64,000 bases of DNA, from positions 1 through 64,000 of the forward strand of contig JBEKVV010000005.1 in assembly GCA_049513715.1 (NCBI GenBank). Direction: 5' to 3'. The position numbers and the translations under genes are program-made. The notes under the pieces were generated by a model, which had not been told where the DNA came from, did not search any database, and was given only the letters and a program-made list of their open reading frames with translations. The stretch's first letter is position 1; every line of letters starts with the position of its first letter. Of this stretch, positions 57,732 to 64,000 are shown piece after piece. The stretch is from Candidatus Bathyarchaeia archaeon. Its GTDB lineage: Archaea > Thermoproteota > Bathyarchaeia > 40CM-2-53-6.

Positions 57732-60524
57732 TTATGGTCTTGACGTGATTATTACTCCGTTACTGATAACGAAGTCGTAATTTGTGTTGCCGCGGAACCC
57801 GACCCGAATCGTGAACGTGCCCTGGATGTTGACTTTCCAACTGTAGGTCGTCGTGTTCGAGGTCATTGTGAAGGTTCCTATGGGCGTGTAGGTCTTGTTG
57901 TCCAACGTGTAGGAAACGTCAATTTGCGAACCTTGTAGGAATGGATTCATCGTGACGGCTAGCGTAATGTTGCTGCCCGTTGTTACTGTCGTGGGTGAGC
58001 CGGAGAGGGCTAGGGTGATTTGTCCTTTCGTTACCGTGAGGCTCTGAGGGTCACTCACAGAGTCCACATAGACCCCTTCGAGACCTTGGTAGTGCGCACG
58101 AACCAAGTAACTCCCGGCATCCGGTGTCCACGTGTAGTTGTATGCTCCCCTTGATGACACAGGGATTGTTTCTATGCTCTTCCAAGTCTGAGCGTTATCG
58201 GTCGAGTACTCCAAGACAACCGCAATTGGACCTAGGGTTAGTGGCAAGCTGTTGGTGTCCGTGAGGTTGCCGGACAAGTAAACCTTGTCCCCGTATCTAA
58301 TTTGGGGAGGAATCTGGCTCATCGTGATACTTGTCGCTTTGACGTACCTTACTTGAAAGAGGAATACAAAGCGGTTCGAAGAGGCGAACACTTGAGTGAG
58401 GTAGGGCGAGGTTGTCGCGGCCGCTGCACCGCTGAGGGTTGCTTTGGCCATCATGTATCCTAACATGCTGTTATCGCTGAGTTGATTGCTGGTGGCAATG
58501 GTCTGGTTGTCCACTATCCTCCCTGACTTTGGATCCTGAAGGACCCTCGTGTAGGTCGCGGCCCCAGTAGTTCGGTCCGTGATGGTATCCGTAAACATGA
58601 CTTTGTACGCGTTCCACATGGTGTTGTTTCCAATCCTCGCCATCCAGTACCATTTGCCATCTTCACCGTATCCCTGGAATTGACTAGAGCCGGAGCTGGA
58701 ACCGCCGGACGGGGTGATGAATATGGCTACGTAGGATACGTTGTATCGCTGCATCGTTGGAACCGCCATAGTGATATTGTCCAGAAAGGTTTGAGCTATG
58801 ACGCCGATCTGTGTGGAATTCTGTGTACCGTTATCAGCTAGGCTCCTACGGTCCCCTAAGGCAGTAATCCAATACCCGTAGTCCCACCAAGCGAATATGA
58901 CCGCCCCTGGGGGCGTGTTGTAACGCATCCAAGACAATCCCTCCAACCAGTCTTGGTATTTCAGTTCCGACCCTGCGGATGGGATCGTCGGGATACTTGA
59001 CGTGACAATCGTGGCCGGCTGGTAAGAAGCCTGCACCGACCTCCAGAATGATGGAACAATAACAATGAGAAGTATTAGGAATATTGCAACGCCAAACTCT
59101 CTACCAATCCTCGCGATCACGCGTGTCTTTCGCTTTGGATAGATTACGGCCTCCCTGATTATGTCAACCGCTGGCTTACCAAGCTCAACGGTTCCAATTC
59201 CTGCAAGGATGCAGAACGCAGGAGCTAACAGCAGTGTCAGACGGACGAAAGAGGCTGCGAAGTAAACGGATGTTAGACCCCAAAGAACCATGAAGATGTC
59301 ATCATTCCTAGCCCTCTGCAGCGTGAAGACAAACCCGAACAGCATCAGGAAGATCACGGTTCCAAATTCGTAGAAGAAAGACGCCCATGTAGCGGGTTGA
59401 TGCTCCGCCACGCTCTGGATGATTGGAACGTCCCCTCGAACAAATGGGTTGATTACCGCATAGAACTTGCCAGCCGGGTTGGCGATTATGTTGAAGTATG
59501 AAAGCAGGAAGACAACGCCCAAGGTTGCAATAACAGCGGTCGAAAGAGCGTACAACTGAAGCCTTCTACGTGAAATGTAGGTTGAGGCTTCACGAGCAAG
59601 GAGAACAACCTCACCTGCCGGGATAACCAACCAAGTTAGATCTATAAGCGATGCGAAACCAAGTTTCGGAACCATGAAGGGTGTGAATAGCAGGAAGATG
59701 CCCATCGATACTGAGTACGTTATGAAGAGCTTCTTTGAATACCGTCCAATAACCACCAAGATGACTGTGTATAGGACCAGAAGGTCGAGTGGGTAATACG
59801 AAGCGGCCCAAGATGCTGCTAGGTAGAAGAGGGAGAAGCCAGCCAGAGCAGCGTAGGTCAAGGTTTTGCGCAGAGACGTTGTGGGAACCATGGCGCGCCT
59901 GAAAAAGAGAAATATCAGAATCATTAAGAGAATACCAAGAGGCTCGTGGCGAAGGAACCCAAGTTGGGTTCGGCCTATGCTGCTGGCATTCAACGCTAAG
60001 AACAGGGCAGTGAACATGCCCACGCCTTTACCCCAAATGTCCTTTCCCAAGAAGTAGGCCGCTATGACGGTGATCGTTCCGGCGACAACAGGGAAGATTA
60101 CGGCAACGTCAAAAGTGTTGGTTGCTACGCCTACCCCCTTGAGGAAAAGGGTTATGGCAGCTACAACGAAAGCCTCTCCGTACAGGTTCCAAGTGGGCAT
60201 GTCTGCGCCATATGGGTACCAACTCATCGTGTCATGCCATGAGAACCAAGCCAGGAAGCCATGGTCAACAACATACTGCGCCATACGCCATTGCAGGTAA
60301 GGGTCGAATTCATTCAGATAGAACCCCCACCGAATCGGCATAATCCTAACTGCCAAGGCAACGATGACAATGAGCGAGAGCGCAATCGCTTCGATAATGG
60401 TTCCGCGGGAAACCTCCGAAAACGCTTTACGGGTTCCCTGAACGCGTTCGGCGAGGACCTCGCGGTTGACATACTTACCCAAGAAACCGACAAGTTCCTT
60501 GACTGCCCGCCGAGTCGCCGACAT
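57732..60524 (-). CDS. aglB: oligosaccharyltransferase AglB/STT3 with C-terminal Ig-like domains
   Basis: EFDPY, SVAEH, WWDYG, DNGT; multi-TM. Confidence 0.95.
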   Translation of the reverse strand: MSATRRAVKELVGFLGKYVNREVLAERVQGTRKAFSEVSRGTIIEAIALSLIVIVALAVRIMPIRWGFYLNEFDPYLQWRMAQYVVDHGFLAWFSWHDTMSWYPYGADMPTWNLYGEAFVVAAITLFLKGVGVATNTFDVAVIFPVVAGTITVIAAYFLGKDIWGKGVGMFTALFLALNASSIGRTQLGFLRHEPLGILLMILIFLFFRRAMVPTTSLRKTLTYAALAGFSLFYLAASWAASYYPLDLLVLYTVILVVIGRYSKKLFITYSVSMGIFLLFTPFMVPKLGFASLIDLTWLVIPAGEVVLLAREASTYISRRRLQLYALSTAVIATLGVVFLLSYFNIIANPAGKFYAVINPFVRGDVPIIQSVAEHQPATWASFFYEFGTVIFLMLFGFVFTLQRARNDDIFMVLWGLTSVYFAASFVRLTLLLAPAFCILAGIGTVELGKPAVDIIREAVIYPKRKTRVIARIGREFGVAIFLILLIVIVPSFWRSVQASYQPATIVTSSIPTIPSAGSELKYQDWLEGLSWMRYNTPPGAVIFAWWDYGYWITALGDRRSLADNGTQNSTQIGVIAQTFLDNITMAVPTMQRYNVSYVAIFITPSGGSSSGSSQFQGYGEDGKWYWMARIGNNTMWNAYKVMFTDTITDRTTGAATYTRVLQDPKSGRIVDNQTIATSNQLSDNSMLGYMMAKATLSGAAAATTSPYLTQVFASSNRFVFLFQVRYVKATSITMSQIPPQIRYGDKVYLSGNLTDTNSLPLTLGPIAVVLEYSTDNAQTWKSIETIPVSSRGAYNYTWTPDAGSYLVRAHYQGLEGVYVDSVSDPQSLTVTKGQITLALSGSPTTVTTGSNITLAVTMNPFLQGSQIDVSYTLDNKTYTPIGTFTMTSNTTTYSWKVNIQGTFTIRVGFRGNTNYDFVISNGVIITSRP

Positions 60525-60990
60525 TTCTACACCAGAGAGGATTTTTTGATTACACTTTGTGCGTGTTATAAAAGCTTGATGAAAGGCAAATTGGCCGTTC
60601 TTCGCGTGTTACATACCAACCCTTACAAATGCGAATTCTTGATACCCAGTAGCTTGTCAACAACTCTACTATAATGCAACTTCGCCAGTATCAACCGAAA
60701 ATTCATGTTTGCGAAGATTCACGAGCTCATTTCTCGGTTGAACGAAACTTGGTGAGCTCCTAGAATTAGAGCCGCTCCTAGGATTTCTCGTCCATCGACC
60801 CGGTCGGACCTACACTTCCGCCCATTGCTGAAATAGGGACAATAAGCCTGACTAGCGGAGCTTCCGTTGACAAGGTGAATCTTCGGTGTATGTGGCTCAG
60901 TATGGTTCCTAGTAAGATTGATTCCGAAAGCCTTGTTTGACAGTCGGTCCGACTGTAACTGTAGACAGCGTGCGAAACGTGGGGCTCACC

Positions 60991-61350
60991 ATGACTAGTT
61001 CCATTTCCAAATGCCCGTCCTGCATGAAGACCAACAAGCCGGACAGCAGATACTGTATCTATTGCGGTTCCATTATGACCCCCGTCTTTTGCTCTTCATG
61101 CGGTACCGTGAACCCCGAAGGACTGCCTCAATGCCTTGAATGCGGAAATCAAATCCCAAGACTATCCGAGATTCACTGGAACCCCATCGTCACAGTCATA
61201 CAATCGACATCAGGCATGACAGAAGTTGGGGGACAAAACTTACAGACAGAAATCGAGCCCACCTTATCCGTCAAGGATTCTGACGAAAGACAAACTCTGC
61301 GATGGCTACGCGACAGATTCGCCCGAAAGGAGCAGTCGTCAGGGGACTAA
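60991..61350 (+). CDS. double zinc-ribbon protein
   Basis: four CxxC motifs. Confidence 0.7.
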   Translation: MTSSISKCPSCMKTNKPDSRYCIYCGSIMTPVFCSSCGTVNPEGLPQCLECGNQIPRLSEIHWNPIVTVIQSTSGMTEVGGQNLQTEIEPTLSVKDSDERQTLRWLRDRFARKEQSSGD

Positions 61351-62492
61351 CCCTTCCTCGAGTATCCATATCGGGTTGTATCGTAGAAGGGTGTTTTCAC
61401 AATCTTGGCTTTCTCGATTCGTTCGCGAACTTGAATGTCGACGAAACGCCCTTCTTGGGCGGATTCTCTTTGAACGTATCCCATTGCGATTCCGGTATTC
61501 AGTAGAGGTGATAGAGTTCCGCTGCTTACTGTTCCAATGGGTTTTCCCTCGCCCGCTATCCCGAAACCACGCCTAGGGATAACGCGCTTTACAGTCAGTA
61601 GGCCAACTCGTACCCGCGGGGTTCCTTTCTCTTTAATGGCTTGCAGTCTTTGCTTGCCGATGAATTCCTTGTGCAACTTGACTACGAAGCTCAATTTGGC
61701 CTCATAGGGGTTCGTGTTCTCATCCATGTCGGTTCCGTATAGGCACAAACCAGCTTCGAGGCGTAGCAAGTCTCTCGCGCCGAGACCACACGGTTCAAGG
61801 CCGTAGGGTTTGCCCACCTCTAGCAGTCTGTCCCACACTGATCTAGCCTTGGAGGGGTTTGATATGGAGGAATCCCATACGTAGACTTCGAACCCATCTT
61901 CGCCAGTGTAGCCCGTCTGTGTGACCAGCGTTTTCGCGTGCGCCAACTCAGTCCAGGCCCATCCAAATCGCGGGATCGTGTCGAGGTTGTTCTTGCTTAA
62001 GCTTCCGACGATTCTTCTGGCCTTAGGGCCTTGCACGGCGAACATCGCAACATCATCCGAAACGTCACTTATGGAGACCTCAAGGCCGCTGGCATTTGAA
62101 ACGATCCAATCATAGTCCTTCGATCGATTTCCTGCATTATAGACCACAAGATGCTCATGCTCTCCCAGCCTGAAAACTGTGACATCGTCCTTGATTCCCC
62201 CCTCTGGATTGCAGATCAGGGAGTACTGTCCTTGACCGATTTTGAGGGAGGGGACATCGTTTGTGGTCACGTTGTCAAGTAACTTCGCCGAATCTTTGCC
62301 TTTGATTACAACGCGTCCCATGTGGCTGACATCGAAAATTCCCGCTGCATTCCGTACGGCCATGGCTTCTGGAATTATTCCTTTGAACCATAGTGGTAGA
62401 TTGAATCCCGCGAACTCAGTTATGTTGCCGTTCTTCTCGTGGAAATCCTGAATCTGGACGACTTTCAACGAACTGCTTCCTTGTACTCCCAA
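61347..62492 (-). CDS. gcvT: glycine cleavage system T protein
   Basis: FDVSHMG, TGYTGEDGFE, GLGARDLLRLEAG. Confidence 0.95.
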   Translation of the reverse strand: MGVQGSSSLKVVQIQDFHEKNGNITEFAGFNLPLWFKGIIPEAMAVRNAAGIFDVSHMGRVVIKGKDSAKLLDNVTTNDVPSLKIGQGQYSLICNPEGGIKDDVTVFRLGEHEHLVVYNAGNRSKDYDWIVSNASGLEVSISDVSDDVAMFAVQGPKARRIVGSLSKNNLDTIPRFGWAWTELAHAKTLVTQTGYTGEDGFEVYVWDSSISNPSKARSVWDRLLEVGKPYGLEPCGLGARDLLRLEAGLCLYGTDMDENTNPYEAKLSFVVKLHKEFIGKQRLQAIKEKGTPRVRVGLLTVKRVIPRRGFGIAGEGKPIGTVSSGTLSPLLNTGIAMGYVQRESAQEGRFVDIQVRERIEKAKIVKTPFYDTTRYGYSRKG

Positions 62493-62510
62493 CAGAGCAG
62501 AATGAGCGTT

Positions 62511-62696
62511 TTAGCCAGGCGGTTTGGCGGCTTGCTCAAATGGAATTATCTTGACTTTCTCCGTCTCGAACTCCAGCTTCTTCTTGCATTGTGGGCACAC
62601 GCCATTATGGCGTTGAATTATCTCTGTTGGTGTCTCAAGCTCAAGGCCGTGGTATAGAATCGAGCCACACTCACGGCAGACGATTTTCTGTGGCAA
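62511..62696 (-). CDS. small zinc-finger protein
   Basis: PQKIVCRECG...CPQCKKKL. Confidence 0.7.
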   Translation of the reverse strand: MPQKIVCRECGSILYHGLELETPTEIIQRHNGVCPQCKKKLEFETEKVKIIPFEQAAKPPG

Positions 62697-62717
62697 GCCA
62701 TAACCACGGCAAAGCCA

Positions 62718-63233
62718 GTGGCAAGGCAAGATATTTTAGCCTCGTGGTTATGTCCCGTTAGCAGGACTGGGAAAATGCTGGAAGCACTTCGAATCAAGCT
62801 CAGAAAATTGCCATGGAAGCTTCAACGAAGCTTCGGTAACTTAGGCTACTCAATGAAGATATTCAGCGGACCAACCGCCCGCAGAATGAAACCTTCAACA
62901 ACGGTCTCATTGCTTGCGGTCTTAATCTTCGTCGGGTTTGTCCTGGCTGGTGGAATCTACGACATCCTTGAAAGACCGATTTCACTCCTTCCGACCGCAA
63001 ATGGCTATTCATTCGTAATCAAAGGAACGCTGGGACAGCAGACCCTTAACGAGAGCCTTGTGGCAGGATTCGTCTACATGCTAGGCCTAGGCGGCCTTTA
63101 CATGCTACTAAGGAGTACGCGGTTCGCCTATCGGCCCCGCAACGCGTACCTGCTCCTAATCCTGGGCACGATTACGATAATGTTGGTTATCGCCTATTCC
63201 AACGCGCTGATTACCCAAAAGATTGGCGGGTAG
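62718..63233 (+). CDS. OST3/OST6/DC2(OSTC)-like membrane protein
   Basis: GGIYDIL..P...GQQTLNESL TM pattern. Confidence 0.6.
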   Translation: MARQDILASWLCPVSRTGKMLEALRIKLRKLPWKLQRSFGNLGYSMKIFSGPTARRMKPSTTVSLLAVLIFVGFVLAGGIYDILERPISLLPTANGYSFVIKGTLGQQTLNESLVAGFVYMLGLGGLYMLLRSTRFAYRPRNAYLLLILGTITIMLVIAYSNALITQKIGG

Positions 63234-63238
63234 AGAAC

Positions 63239-63751
63239 CTACCAGTAATTCGATTTCAAACCCAAAGCGTAAGCCCCTACGTTCGCAAGAAAATGGATCG
63301 GCGGGGTAACCAATAGCAGTATCAACACTGTTCCTAAGCTAAGCTGGAAGACAGTTGACACCGCAAAAACTGCGCCTATAACAAAATCCAGTTGGTCTAT
63401 GCCAGGCAACGAACCCCCTGGAGAAATCTTCAACCTTCTCTTGATGAAAGCCCCACACAAGTCACCTAATAGAGCGCCCAAGGAGGCTAGAAGCGCAGCA
63501 GGAAACAGGTTGGATGACGTGTACAGGTTTTCAAACGCTCCCACAATCCCTCCCACGACCAGCCCGCTCACAAAGCCCCTAATCGTCTTGTGGCCGCCGA
63601 AAATTCTCTCTCCGTCGGTGAAGGTCTTGCCAAAATCAACCGAAGGTCCACCCCCAAATAGAACGGGGGCACCGTTGGTACAGTAGATTGGGACGATAAT
63701 GTACAGAGCATTTATCCAATCCTGAAGCGTTGGCCACACGCTACCCACCAA
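63239..63751 (-). CDS. carS: CDP-archaeol synthase
   Basis: P.Y.TNGAP..FGGG..VD, GGHKTIRG, GDL.GAFIKRR, DQLDF. Confidence 0.92.
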   Translation of the reverse strand: MVGSVWPTLQDWINALYIIVPIYCTNGAPVLFGGGPSVDFGKTFTDGERIFGGHKTIRGFVSGLVVGGIVGAFENLYTSSNLFPAALLASLGALLGDLCGAFIKRRLKISPGGSLPGIDQLDFVIGAVFAVSTVFQLSLGTVLILLLVTPPIHFLANVGAYALGLKSNYW

Positions 63752-63793
63752 CTAGAATTATCGCCCGTAACCTAAGGTCGAATGAATTAAGAC

Positions 63794-64000
63794 TTAGGCC
63801 GCCGCGTCTTCTAACCCACCCTCTTTCAGCGCCACCAAACTACTGTTGGCTCTAACGTCTGAGCCCTCTATCCGCTCAACGCTGAACTCTTTCACGTTTG
63901 ATTTTGGCGTATTCCTGATTCGGATTACCATTCGTGGGAAGTGAAGGACAGCCCGGCGCGCAACGGGCTCCACATAGGAGAAAGGCGGCATAGGCCTAGC
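63794..64000 (-). CDS. 3' end of a RecA-superfamily protein (RadB-like), truncated by the window edge
   Basis: EPVARRAVLHF...LKEGGLED. Confidence 0.4.
   Translation of the reverse strand, partial: ARPMPPFSYVEPVARRAVLHFPRMVIRIRNTPKSNVKEFSVERIEGSDVRANSSLVALKEGGLEDAAA

Noticed and set aside
60530..60930. ncRNA or replication origin in the 400-bp intergenic gap
   Set aside because: No ORB boxes or convincing structure; consistent with divergent promoters.

Overview
Archaeal chromosomal window, TACK lineage and most likely Bathyarchaeia (inferred from gene content: eIF5A/DHS, SRP54, RpoF/RpoL, TFS, PCNA, PriL/PriS, GINS, aIF2a, Nop10, AglB, CarS and an OST3/6-like protein). Positions 1-4805 and ~28150-64000 are mostly housekeeping genes. 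Positions ~4810-28150 form a ~23 kb accessory island carrying HEPN, HNH, PD-(D/E)XK and Schlafen nuclease-like genes, decayed toxin-antitoxin pairs, a bacterial-like aminotransferase/kinase pair and mobile-element remnants. Main observation: island genes are separated by at least 9 copies of a ~30-40 bp junction motif, [TTTT]GTGTGTG | CGCACCA-N3-4-(G/T/A)AC | CACACAC[AAAA]. Three copies replace the left arm with a tRNA-3'-end mimic in exact tRNA register (GTTCAA-N8-GCTCGCACCA, 24 nt). The C-terminal fragment of a casposon-type Cas1 lies inside one module. This suggests a cassette array built by repeated site-specific insertion, by a casposase or a tyrosine recombinase; the mechanism is inference. 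A second unexplained structure is a 94-bp diverged inverted repeat with six GCCCCAC boxes at 20836-21276. No complete tRNA, rRNA or classical CRISPR array was found. All product calls are by-eye motif recognition, with no database search.
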